DNA of 64,000 nucleotides, taken from the NCBI GenBank assembly GCA_021613535.1, contig CP075493.1:16244001-16308000 (forward strand), read 5' to 3'. Made by a program: the position numbers and the translations under genes. Source of the stretch: Adineta vaga (Eukaryota; Animalia; Rotifera). The notes beneath the pieces are model-generated. The model saw only the letters and a program-made list of their open reading frames with translations. It did not search any database and was not told the DNA's origin. Shown here piece after piece: positions 50,001 through 63,109 of this stretch. Numbering within the stretch: position 1 is the first letter of the stretch; the number at the start of each line of letters is the position of its first letter.

Positions 50001-53000
50001 CACAGGTTCACTAGGTATATAATAACCAGCATGTAGAATCATATATTGAAAATTACTTCCATAAGTTGATATAATAGCATTTCCATGATTGATATTTCGA
50101 ATTAATAAAAGAAGACGCGTAAATGTTGTTGGAGCAGTTGATTGTTTTTGTTGAATTGTTAAATTAAGACGTTTATGAAAATTTGTTTCGGATAAAAGTT
50201 CAGAAGTTGTAAATAATGAAAAACGAAATTGTTGAACAGTAATATTTACTATTTGACTAGAAAGTTGACATAATCCTTGAAGAAATTGTAAATGAGCAGA
50301 AAGGAAACGACGATAATCTTTCTCAGGTAATAAATTAGTTGGAATAGAACCACCTGTCAGTTTACTTCGTCCTTCATTCGAAGTGAATGGACTTGAACAA
50401 ATCTAAAATCAATAAAAAATGAAGCTATATAACTTTAAAGATTTGTTTTTGAATATTTCCAAAAAAGTTAATTTACTGATCCACACTCTTATTCATAGAC
50501 TTTATAAAGTTGTGCATTTATTTTATTATTTTTCCTTACTTGATGAAATTTTGCTTCCGTTTTGACAAATCTTTCGTATGGTGATGCAACTGATGAACAG
50601 ATACATTTTAATTCGTCTCCATATTTTTGATAAAGTTCATTATGTTTATCAAAACCTGGTTTCTCAAATGTTTTTGTGTGTCTTGTAGATTGAACACCAT
50701 TATAAATAGCGAGAATAATGAGACCAATGATAAACAAAATAAGATATAGACGAGTAGCCCATATTCCGAGATGTTTAATTGTTGTTCGATCAATATTATT
50801 ACCAAAATCACGTACATTGAAAATATTCAATTCTTTCAAAATTTTGTATAAAAGTGTGATCAGTTTCTGAACAGTTGCTTTGATTCGAATAAAGCATGAT
50901 AAATGAACTATTTATAATAAAAGAAATTTTATATTTTTTTTAAATACCAATAAACCAATTGTTATGACTCTCATTATATTAGAAAACAACTCGAAGAACA
51001 GCATCTTTTTTGAAACATGGGTAGTGAAATCTAGGAATAAAAGACTGATTTTTCTTTCTCTATAGAGATAGCAAATAAGTGTGCAATGTGTGATTTTTCG
51101 GGTCAAATAAAGTGAGCTGAGGGTGGGTGTGGGTGTGAGTGAAGAAGATGTACCTACACCCACCCACACCCACACCCACACCCACACCCACACCCACACC
51201 CTCACCCTCAAGATGGTACTAAAGAACAAAAGATATTCGTAACTACTCTAATTAAATTCTTAAAACCAAAAACTCTATTGACGATTATTTGTAAATACTG
51301 ATCTTTTTCATCCGTACAACCTTATCAATAGTGAATCATTTTTATTTTATATCAAGAGGGACTTGTTATACTATATAAATAGAACCAAGAATTACTTTGC
51401 TGTTGTTGTTGTTGTTGTTGTTCTTTTTTATTAATCTTTATGGATAAAAAGAAAACAAACTTGACTAGTTGAGGCACAACAAGCCGCAATACGATAATCA
51501 ATCCACCGATCATTGATATAAATTTGATTAAGACTTCACTGAATTTTGGACGAATTTTAATTAAGTAAGTACAACGAGTTGGTGAACATGATTTATAAAA
51601 CAGATCATATGAAAAAGATGAATTCCATTGTTCAATAAAAACATTTTTGATAATTGTTAAGATTGTTGTATTTGGAGGAAAACGACTTATTTCACCCATG
51701 TAAACATTTTTTGAGTTAAAACGCGTTTCAACTGCGTAGCGAACGCGTCTAATTTGAAGCAATTGAGCGCGTTTATGCGCGTCCCTGGTGAAACAATCGA
51801 GGCCCCTAGATGCAACCCAATAACAATTGCGTTTACACGCATCTGCTACAAAACTGCGTCCAGACGCGAACCAAATGAAAGTGCGTTTAGACGCCTCGAT
51901 TGTTTCACCACAGACGCAGCTGTAATCTGTGACGCTGCTAGACGCAGTTACGACATGAACTGTGATAAAAAATAAAACCGCGTCTAGACGCCCCGATCGT
52001 TTCACCAGGGACGCAGCTGTGACCTGAAACGCTACTAGACGCAGTTAAAACTTGAACTGCGCCTAAACGCGAATTCGAAACAGATTGCGTCTAGGTTCAA
52101 CCGAGATGACAGACGCAATCGAATGCAGTTTGTAATAAAAGTGCGTCTAGATGCGTTTGATCAGGTTTTTCAAAATTTGAAAAAATATATCATAATCCGT
52201 CTCAGTTTTGATCTGAGTCGCCATCGATGACCCCTAGCGATGGTCTTTACCTTATTATAGGCCAACGGAATGATGATATATTGATTTATCTAGAATGATA
52301 TGAGAGAGATTTGAACAAGTGAACAAGCGATTTAGAAGCAAGTGTACATACCGTTCAGTCACATGTGACTGCAATCGTTATCATATAGAAGAGAAAGTCT
52401 ATGTGAAATTTGAATCCATTTCTATGTGATTACATCAATTATTCGGATAGTTCTACCGTGAATAATATTTAAGCTATTATTATTCATATTTAAAAAATAA
52501 AAATAAAATAAACTATATTTTTTTTAATTAAAATTTTTTCATTTATCGAAATTATTCTACAGAATGGATATTTTTAGACTTAAATTACATCATTTATTTT
52601 CTAAAATCATTATTTTAACGTTTTTGTATCAAATATTCTTTGTTTTTCATTTTTTTATCCAGTAATATAAGCAATAAAAATTCCTTTTTAATTATTATAC
52701 AAAAACAAAACCAATTGAATTGAAGCATGTATCTGAAAAATTAGCACTAAAAATTCCAGTTATGATCAAAACAAAATTAAATATTTTGATCGAATTAAGA
52801 TCTATCGATCAATATTCGATTTGACCGTTTTCAAAATATGTTTTTGTTATATTGACGACGAGAATATTTTATTTCGTGTATTATTTTGTTATCTAAATTT
52901 AAAATATAAAAAATATTTTCAATTAATATTTCCATCATTACAAACTAATTTATATCTTTTGAATTTCAGCACATAATCTATTTTTATGATTTATAAAGAA

Positions 53001-56000
53001 ATAAAATCTCTTTGATTCATACTTCTATTATATTTACAAAGAAAAAATATTTCTTGAAAATTTATGGAAGTTCAGATTTTTATTGAATTTTATTCAAAGT
53101 ACTTTCCATCAAAAATATATTTATTCATTTAATATATGTTTAAGATTTTTTTCTTTGTTACGAATTTCGATCCAAAGTTTTTGGGATTCGAAAAATATTC
53201 AGATAAGATTTAAAATGTAAAAAATTCGTTAAAAGAGAGGAAATTTCTATTTATTCATATTTTTTAAAAATAAAACAACTGTTTTGATAAATAAGAACTT
53301 CACGGCAAAGCAACGCCACCTATAAAAAATTGTAGCATTTACTTGAAAAAAGAGCATGATCGCTTTATTTGAAGATTCTTTCATAATATTTATCAAAATC
53401 AAAACTAAAAACATGAATTCGTTTAGCAAAATAATCTTCCAATAAAATTATTGGTTTTTTGTTTTTATCTCAAACAGGATACAAACGTTTGTTATTTCAG
53501 AAAACCATTTAGATTTAAATGCATTTTAAAGGAAATCTTCTTTTAATTTAGATATTTTTATCAATAAAAAGCAAATTCTTATAACTTGAGGTGATTTTCA
53601 AAGAATTTATTTCAAGATCTATTATTAAAAAATGTCCATTAATTACTTTTGTTTATTTATAGATGGAACGGCAGCATTCTCGACGAAATTCTACTTCAAG
53701 TGTTCATTCACAATCAAATTCGGCAAATATTCAATGTTCAGAACAACATACCCATGCTGTTGTTCGACGAGAAAAAGATGACAAAGTTATTCTTGTTCCA
53801 TTGAATAATTTTATCAATTTTGGTAAAACTGTAAAAGTCAATGAGATTGCTACGTACAAAGGAAGTGCCGATTCTCGAAAATCGGATCGAGGAAAGGTCT
53901 TAATTTTTGGTTAGTTTTTGAACATGAAATATTTTTATCAATAATGGTTTTGTTCTCTTTTTTCTTCAGGTACTGAAGATCTTTGTGTCGAACAGCTGCA
54001 AGTTTTACAAGAAGAAATTATCGAAGAACCATCACCAGAAAAACAAATAAGTAAACATCTCAGTTTTGCATATTTTCTCTCTTAAGTTCTTATTTTAAAA
54101 GCAAATGAAATCTTTTATTGTTTACTTGATAATTATGATAAAAAACAATTTCTATTCATCATATATAGAACATACGAATTCATCGATGGCAAATTCGAAT
54201 AATATTCATCACGAAGAACATATTATCAATACGAAAAAGAAACCGAGCAAGTTTTTATATCTATAACTCATAGTAAATTTCAATTCATATTTCTTTATTT
54301 TTTTAGATGATAAATTCCACGAAGAAGATAAAGAAAATCATGCAGTAAATCACTCAACAGGATCCAAGCGTTCATCAAAATTGAATGGTAAGTTTTCGTA
54401 TTTATAATGAATAAATAAAAAATATTGATATAAAGTTTGACTTAAGGATTGTTTGCAGGAATATCCCAAGAAAAAAGATTTCTATAATTCTTTTATGTAG
54501 CATAGTTATTTTTAAACTAAATTTAATAAAGAAAGTCTTTAACATTCAATAGATGTTTCATATGATTAATAAAAAAATTAATATCAGAAATAAATGTAAA
54601 TATATATTCCATGATTTCAAAAATCAATTGTTTTCTATCAACTTAGTTCGGTTTTAAATTTACCATTAATTTTGTTTCTATTTATAGAAATTGATGATGA
54701 TCGATCAAGAACGTTACCAACAAAAAAGATCAATTCAACTAATATTCTCGCTAGTAATAAATCTTCAACATGCCAGGTGAAAAAGCCAGTGCAAGTGAAA
54801 CGAAAATTATTCCATAATAGTGATGAAGATAATGATATTGAAGAATTATCAACAAATAAAAATACCTTTGATGAAGGTGAGCAAATAACGATTGTTCTTC
54901 AATAGGTTTCGTTCGTTAACCATATATAAGCAAGAATAGGATGCAACTTATGAACCTTTTTTATTTTAGTTAGTATGTAGAAATATGTGAAAAAGGGAGG
55001 AGAAATATTTGATAACTTTCTATACTTCTCTTTAATAAAAAATAATACACATGTCTGTTAATTATTGTATCATTTTAGAAGATGAAGATTCTGGTATTCC
55101 AATTTCTTCCACAAAACAAAAATCAAAAAAGGTTCCTTCTCATGATTCACCAGTTATAGAAGAAACACGAACTAATAATCTTCAAAATTCTCGTAAGAGT
55201 TTAACACCAAAAGTTTTCTCAAATGAAACACAATCCAAACAAGTTGATAAATCAGTCAATCGTGATAGTAGTATGTATATTACTTTTTTTATATATTATC
55301 GTGGTATTTACATTTATTTTTATAGATACAGATGATACTAGTTCTTCTGATGAAGATAATGATGAAGAAAATATTTCTGACTTTGTTTCTAAAACGAAAT
55401 ACAACAAATTACAAAGAAAATTACAAAAAGAAAAGAACAAAGTTTTGGTACTTGAAAAACGAATTTCATACTATAAGAAAAACTACATGCGTATGTATCT
55501 AATAAATTATGTTTTGTACGATAAAGAAAAGCCGTTTTTGATCTTTTACTTTTTGAAATTCTATTCTTTGAAGAAAACTAATGCAAAAGATAATTAAATA
55601 ATTATCGTTCTCACTCTCATATAGATCATCTTAGTATTGTTCTTGATACGCATATAATTTCTTTCATAATATTTTCTTTGAGAAGAAATTTATTTTAATA
55701 TTTATCTGTTTTAGCTTTACCTGATGGTGGTGCTCGTGCATATTTCTTAAAAGTGGCCAAGCTTCTTAGTTCAACATTAAATGCAGCTGATGTATATGAA
55801 CATGCTAAACGTATAAACAACATTAATCCCAATACACTTCTTGGGTGTATTCGAGATACTGGTACACATACTACCCGAAATATTATAAATAAATTATTTA
55901 CACCTGATGAATTGATTAGTAAAGCTGGACCAGAAGCTGTTTCAAAATTATTGCGAAAGAACATTCGTAGTAAGTCTTATATATATATATATATATATTG

Positions 56001-59000
56001 GCACAGACAATTTCTACTAGAAAAAAAAAGAATTGAATGTGATCTATTCGAATAGTTCATGTTTATTGGAGTCATACAATAAAGGAAATATATGCATCTT
56101 GCGAATAGCCATATTATTTGTTCGTAATCAATATTATAGTAGTAAAAATTCAATAATTTAAATACGAATGTTTATTATTAATGATTCATATTATGTATCT
56201 ATAAGAATTTGTTTGTATCAGCATATTTCTTTTAATTTAGATTTTGTTGAAGCTCATCATGGTCCATTTAGTAATGATCGTCCATTTAATGAAGCAATCA
56301 ATGGTGTGTTTCGTCAGGCAAAAGAAGATAAAGATGGCAATGAAGGTTCAATTAAACCAATTTCAAAGAAACGAAAAAGTACTGGTAAACAATTAACAAT
56401 TGATAATATGATTTCATCCAAGAAATCAAAATCAAATAATACGAATAAAACAACAACGATGACAAATAGTACACAGTCACTTAGTGATGATGATTGAAGT
56501 TGAAGATATCTTCTTTAAAAAAATTTTCTTAACTGTTCTTTCTTTTTTTTTACGTTGTTGTTTCTTAGGACATATAATAATCAATTATATATACATATTC
56601 ATGAAGAAAAAAGGATATAGATAGGTTATTTTTTATATTACTCTAGATGAGTTCTCGATCAACCAAATGGCGTAATCGACAACGCATCGAAAGTCTTTTC
56701 AATGAAGAACCACCGATATTGAATTTATCGTCAGATTCAATCGATAATGAGTATACTAATCGACTAATTTGATATTTTTCTCTTGAATATGACATTCTAT
56801 TTTTCTTTTAGGTTAAGTCAATCTTTTTGTCAAGATACCAGTTCATCAAAACAAGAACTCTTGAACGACAATCAAAATATCAATCATGATATTAACAAAC
56901 AGTCTTCTTCTCCCTCTTCTTCAATGAATCTTCAAGATTTTCTTGAATCACTTGGAATTAATACAGATGATGATAATTCTGGTACCATTCAAATTGATCC
57001 AGATGTTGAAGATGAAGAAGAAATGCAAAAACATGAATTTCTTGATCTGTAAGTGTTTATTATTGGTATTTATAGTATGGATAATCTTTTAAATAATTTA
57101 ATTTGATACTTTATCTTGATAAAATACAGCTTACTTGATAATCATACAGATCTTTTTTTCAAACATATTTATAAAATTTCACATGTGTTTATTTATTAGT
57201 TTTTTCTATAATCTTTTCTTTTTTTTCGAAAGATCTGCTGAACCATCGATTCATGAAGTTGCTGCTGTTCTTAATGTGCTGAAAGCCAGACATAATTTAT
57301 CAAACCGTTGTTTGGATCATATTTGTCAACTGATGCAATCATTAAAAGCTCAAAACGTGCCTAAAAGTTCATCTCATATCAAACGTATTCTTTTACCAAC
57401 ATTAACAATTGATAATACACGACCTTTATATTTTTGTTCTAAATGCAATAAATTATCAAGTAATGAAAAAAATTGTACCAATGTCAAATGTGATGACAAT
57501 AAAGAATTTACTACAAGACCACCTGTTTTTGTTCGTATGCCTTTAAAATCTCAAATACAAGATGTACTGTCACGATTTTCGTCACATTATTTTCAACAGC
57601 AATCTAGTTCCAATTTACCTAATTCGTCAAATATTACTGAAGGTTCATTTTACAAGAAAATTGTTGAACAAGAAGGTGAAAATTTTATTTCATTGGTGAT
57701 GAATGTTGATGGAATTGAAATTTCGAAAAGTTCGAAATCTTCTTTATGGGTTATTACCTTCATTATTAATGAATTAAAGAAATCAGATAGATTTCAAATG
57801 CAAAATGTTCTTGTTGGTGGTATTGGAGCAGGTTTATCAAAGCCATCGCGCGAAGAAATGGCTGCCTATTTACAACCGATCATTAATGAATTGCTATCAT
57901 TAGAAAATGAACGTCGGTATCGAATGAACGATGGAAATTATTTATCTCTTAAAGTATTTTTAATTGCTGGTTCTTTGGACAAGCCTGCACAGGCACTTGT
58001 ACAAAATCTTACTGAAGTAAATGGAGCATATGGTTGTGGTAAATGTTTAATTAAAGGTATGATTAATTGCAGTTGCATAGATATTTATTTAATATTATTA
58101 TTAACAAATATAATTAGAAGTATTTGTTTTTCTTTTCTTTTCGTTTCTAACAGGTATTACAGTACCAATAAAACCGGAGTCTATTAACAAAATTCGTGTA
58201 TTTCCTATTCGAAAACAAGATGTTCAACCAAAACTTAGGAATAATTTTACTTATGATATTAAAATGGCTATACCAGAAAGATTTCGTCCCACAGAAAAAA
58301 CAGCTCGTCGTGATTACATGTGTGGTTATATGGGTGAATGTTGTCTACGAGATTTACGGTTTTTCGATGTTGGTCGTTGTTTTGTATTTGATACTCTTCA
58401 TAATCTTTATAGAGGCTCATTTGTAAGTATCTATCAGAAACATCTACTACCAACATATGTTAAAATCATATGTCTATATATCTTTATTCTTTTTTATATT
58501 ACTAGTTAGTAAACTTTCATATGATCTCGTATATTTAGAGCAGAATACTTGATTTATGGCTTGATTCGGAATATCGACGTGAACCATGGTCGTTACGATC
58601 AAAAATTAACCTCGTTGATGTTTCTTTATCTATACATAAATTTCCATCAACTACGTGTCGGATACCAAGAACAATTCTTAAGTACAAACAATTTAAAGCA
58701 AATGAATTAAGATGTCTTATTCTATTCGGATTTTCAACATTTTGTATGTATTTACCGAAGAAATATAGTCGACATTTTTTAATACTTGTTTTAATTGCAC
58801 ATATTTGTGAATCCAAGATAATTACCGCGGAACAATTGTTACACTTGAAAATGTTGACAAATGAATTTATTTATCAATTTCCATTGCTTTATGGTGATCG
58901 ACAAAATGTTATGTCAATACATACGATTATGCATTTAGCTGAATCAGTTAGAGATTTTGGTGGTGTATACAACTATTCCACTTTCAATTTTGAAAGTTAT

Positions 59001-62000
59001 CTAGGTGAGTGAAATGAATTATAAAATATATAAAACATCAAAGGAAAAATTTCGATAATTGTAATCAACGTCAGTTACTTATCTGAGAGAAAAAAATCGA
59101 TCATAAAGAAATAGCGCTAAATATTATTGTCTGATTACATTAATCATATAATGATACTACTTACCTATTCGATACATATATTTATAGAAATGAAGCTTTT
59201 TAAAAGAAGTGCTCATATTGGCATATACATTCTCATCGTATGTATTTTTAATACAAGATAGTCAAACTGAAAATTTGTTTTATTCTTTTGTTGAATCCAA
59301 CTAATTAAATACTTACATCTCATATCTGCATATACTTTTACATGGTTTCTTTTTCCGTGAAGCTTTATAATAAGTTTCTCTGTTTATCTATTCTCCTATG
59401 TGAATATGATTCAATGAATAATCGCGTTGAGACGCATTTGCATTACTTGTATTGATCGCATACAAACGCGCTTTGATTTATCATCGCGTCTAAGTGCGTT
59501 TAAAACTGTGAATAACAGCGTCTAAACGCAGTTTTATAAGAAGTCTCATTCATACGCATTTGATCTGTTTTTCCGAGACGCGGTGGTGTACGATTTTGAT
59601 AACAATCGCGCTCGGGTGCGTTCGAGAATTTGATAAATATGCGTCTTGATGCGGTTGTATATATGATCGCGTATAGACGCATTCCAAAAACTTATATAAG
59701 CAGCGTATAAACGCGAGTTTATCGGGCCGCGCGTCCAAGTGCGTTTAAAGATTTCGGATCTACGCATATAGACGCAGTTTAAAAACCAGCCGCACGTAGA
59801 CGCATCGTAAACGGTTTCACAAATTGCGTCCAAACACCGTCTTGTCTATAAGCGCGTCGAGATGCGTTTGAAAGCCTTTTCAACTGCGTCTAGGCACCAT
59901 GAAATACAAAATCGCGGATATACGCGAAGAATATTATTTTGATCTTTGCGTCTAAACGCGCTTGTAAATAAATACGCGTTTACGCGCGGCAAAATCGAGT
60001 TTTAGCTGCGTTTAAATGCGTTTCCAAAATCCAAACGCAGCTGAATGCGTCTATGGTGCGTCTCCTGTTTACATGGGCAGAATTATAAACAAGAGGATGA
60101 ACATGAAACCATGATGAATATTCAACATTATAAAGATATGTTTGTTTACTATAATTCATTATTATTGATAAACAATTTGTATCTGAATAGTAACATTCAA
60201 GTGTTGAAAGTAGTAGTGATTCAGTAGCTGTACACCCTGCATATGATCCTGGCACTGTATAATGTTGGATGTATTTTGGTTCATCTGTCCAACCACAATC
60301 AACATCATATATATGAAGTGGAATTCGACAGTGAATATCAAAACCACAAATACATGTTAATGATTTATTGTTAGCATCACGAGGTCCAGTTAACATAAAA
60401 TGTAACTAAAAATAAAACTCAATACCAATTAATAATAAAATTACTTTTGAAACATTGATTAGAGTCTATTATATGTATTTAAAAATAAATCTGTTTCATA
60501 TCATTACTTCTAGTCGAGAGTATTCTCGAGATGGATTTTCTTCTTCAAATCGTTTACCATAACCACTAAATGGTCCCGAATATGGTAAATCAGTTCGCAT
60601 AAGAAGTCGTTCTGTGTCAGTAAGAAGAGTAAACGAATCATTTGTTGATTGAAAAAAAGCATCAAGTGTTGCATTGATTTGTAAATTAAAATCAATTTTA
60701 GATAAAATATTTGAAACAATAAATAATTTCGAAAGAAAATGATTCGAAGATTCTTCAACTATTTTTTGAGCCAATTTACAAAAATAAGATAATAAAGAAA
60801 ATTTTGCAAAAGCTCGATTACGCCAATCTGGAATACGATGTCCAGTTTTAATATATTTTAATAATGTAATCCATTCATCTTTAATAAAATCACTCGAACA
60901 TACTTGATGAAATATTGGAGATAATCTAATAAAACTTTGATAAGGTATTACCATACTTGAACATGAACATTGAAGTGTATTTGAATGTTTTATATATAAT
61001 TTATCATATGTATCTAATAATGGATTTAATTCTTCTATTGTAACAAATTCAGTATTAATTGATGTAAAAAGAACAAGAATAAGACATGAATCTTAAATAA
61101 ATAAACAAGAAATCGACTAGTTTTATCTCTAAATAAATCTATTTTCTAATATATTTAATAATGGAAATAGATATTTACTTGTCAATAGAATTAAATAGAC
61201 AATTGTAATAATCTTTTGTTTTTTTATATCATTTTCTGTTCGTTTTGTCAAATTCTTAAATAAATTTAATTGTTTTATATATTGAACAAATTTATATAAA
61301 TAAATCATTTGAAAAACTAAAAAAATCAAAAACTATAAATATTAAATTTTGTTTAATGAAATTAAATAAATACTATGAAAAATATTTGAATTTCTTCGAT
61401 GATATTTCATTTTCCAATAAATATTAATTAAAAATAAAACAATTAAACGCAATATAATTGTAAGACCGCCATAAAGACCCATAAATAGAATAATAACATA
61501 AGAAAAATGAAATGATTGAGATATTTTATATGTACAAATTAAAGGAAAACATTCATTAAAATATTTTGAATAATTTATTTCTGTGATTAACCATTCATCA
61601 ATAAAAAGATTAGATAAATGATCTATTACAGAAATATTTTCTTTTTTTGAATTTAAATCGAGTGGTTTTAAAAATGTCTAAATAGAATAAAAGAAAGAAG
61701 ATTTTCTTATATGATATAAATATTTTATACATACTCGATTAATATTTGGAAATTTTATTGATAATAATTCCAGACATTTCATATCGTATAAACAATCAAG
61801 TGTACTTTGAAGAATAGCTTCAAGAGGAGTACATGCTGTATAAAATCCATTAACTAATGATTCATTTGAAGATGGTTTTGTCCATTTTTGACGAATTTTA
61901 TATTGTGAATCATTAAAAATAGAAAGAAAACCAACTAAACTTGTTGGGTTTGAGTTACTACAACCCAAAATTACTTCAGTTGTAGAACCATCAAATTTTT

Positions 62001-63109
62001 TTTCTGTATATGATATTTCATTACTATGGAATTTCGTGTCACCAACAATATATTTATCAAGCATAAATAAAAGATTTGTATTAAGAGCAGAAATTAAGAC
62101 ATTTGCTTGAATTGTAGTTCGAAGATAATTTAGAAATAGAGTTATTTGAGAAGATGCATTATTTTTAAAGAATTCAACAGTTGCATTTACTTTTTGTTGA
62201 ACTTGTGTTTCAAGAAGAAGATCATTGTAGATAAATTCATCATGATATAAATCTTCTAATCTTTGAGAGATAACATCTTGAGATATTAAACAAAAAGTGG
62301 ATAAAAGTTGAAACTAAATCAATGATAAAAGTTGATTTAAATTTAAAGATTTATTTCAACTAAATTTACTTGAGAACTAGCTGTTGATCGAAAATCACCT
62401 GTTCCATATTTACTTGCATCTTCGAAATATAATTCTTCAATCCATTGTTGACTAATGAAATGACTTGAACAAACAGGATGATAGTTGATCGTACTGGAAA
62501 CAAAATTTTTCAAAGGTATTGATATTGTTGAACATGGGCACGAGAGAGTGTCACTATATTTATGATAAAGTTCAGCGAAACTATCGACAGATATTTTGTC
62601 AGTATGAATTATTCGAGAATTTGATGTCATCAGAGTAGCCAAGGAAAGAATATAAAGAGATCCTAGAAAGTAATACATAAATTTATTATGACATAAAAAT
62701 GTTATTTTAGTAGTTTTCTAAAAAAAACTCTGTATCAGAGATGAATGAGTCGCGGTGTAACAGCGCCCCATCTGTACCTCTTTTATTATCCCATCGATCT
62801 TTGATTTATATAATTTTCAAGATATTTTTTACTATTGATCAAAATTTTTGATATAATTTGCCTCTTTCAATATTTATGTATAATGACTTATTAATAAATT
62901 TATATTTTAAATATGATCAACGATATTCTTTGTGACTTACCAATGAGAAGTAGTACATATAACCAAGTTGCATATTTTTGTTGCTTGAGAATAATTGCTG
63001 GATCATTTTGTTCATCATTGTCATCATTATATTCATTTTCTTCACGCATAAAAATATTGTAATTACATATTTTTTCATAAAATCTATGAGCCAGTTTTTT
63101 AAGATTCAT
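47043..63109 (-). CDS. Three [TM - Cys-rich ectodomain - TM] modules plus a seventh TM, Thr-rich stalk and FG-GAP/VCBS repeat propeller; interrupted by a transposon in module 2
   Basis: Exons ~63109-62941, 62662-62370, 62313-61735, 61677-61373 (module 1, FMGLYGGL); ~61316-61179, ~61091-60508, 60405-60080 plus 51694-51396 (module 2, ISMIGGL); 50907-50540, 50403-49363 (module 3); ~49308-49185 (TM); ~48584-48503 (stalk); ~48125-47043 (DFNGDNRMDL, DFNNDNYPDI, DFNNDGFLDI repeats). Frames are open apart from the insertion. Confidence 0.8.
48251..48325. mobile_element. 75-bp hAT-type MITE (intronic)
   Basis: CAGGG...CCCTG termini flanked by a perfect 8-bp TSD, CTTAATTT. Confidence 0.85.
51116..51212. 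repeat. Inverted telomere-repeat cassette with an alternative core (intronic)
   Basis: GCTGAGGGTGGGTGTGGGTGTGAGT-GAAGAAGATGTACCT-ACACCCACC(CACACC)n-CTCACCCTCAAG; same CCCTCAAG end as copies 1 and 3. Confidence 0.85.
53663..56497 (+). CDS. Transposon accessory protein (multi-exon) with acidic low-complexity regions, a coiled coil and a BEN-like domain
   Basis: GT-AG exons lie inside ORFs 53663, 54672, 55051, 55223, 55753 and 56168. Coiled coil KYNKLQRKLQKEKNKVLVLEKRI. BEN-like segment TRNIINKLFTPDEL...RKNIR.FVEAHH......FNEAINGVFRQ. Confidence 0.65.
56647..59012 (+). CDS. EnSpm/CACTA transposase (Transposase_21/Tnp2-like), spliced
   Basis: Exons ~56647-56750, 56812-57048, 57233-58056, 58153-58422, 58539-59004 splice in frame. 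Motifs: CSKC...CTNVKC, MNVDG, SLW, DKPAQ, NGAYGCGKC, DTLHN, FKANE, HLAESVRDFG, FNFESYLG. Confidence 0.9.

Larger units (their letters stand above)
51695..60077 (+). mobile_element. CACTA/EnSpm (CMC) DNA transposon, 8383 bp, two genes
   Basis: Perfect 12-bp TIRs CCCATGTAAACA / TGTTTACATGGG and a 2-bp CA TSD. GACGC/GCGTC/AACGC subterminal arrays at ~51720-52155 and ~59420-60060. Removing the element restores the host frame HPLVYNS-EISRFPP. Confidence 0.93.

Noticed and set aside
50912-51229. ORF with a VWVWVW repeat
   Set aside because: It is the translation of (GTGTGG)n telomeric repeats inside an intron.
51695-52005. N-terminal half of ORF 51352-52005, ORF 51754-51975 and the ORFs at 59500-59833
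   Set aside because: Chance frames in the GC-rich subterminal repeats of the transposon; only 51694-51396 is host exon.
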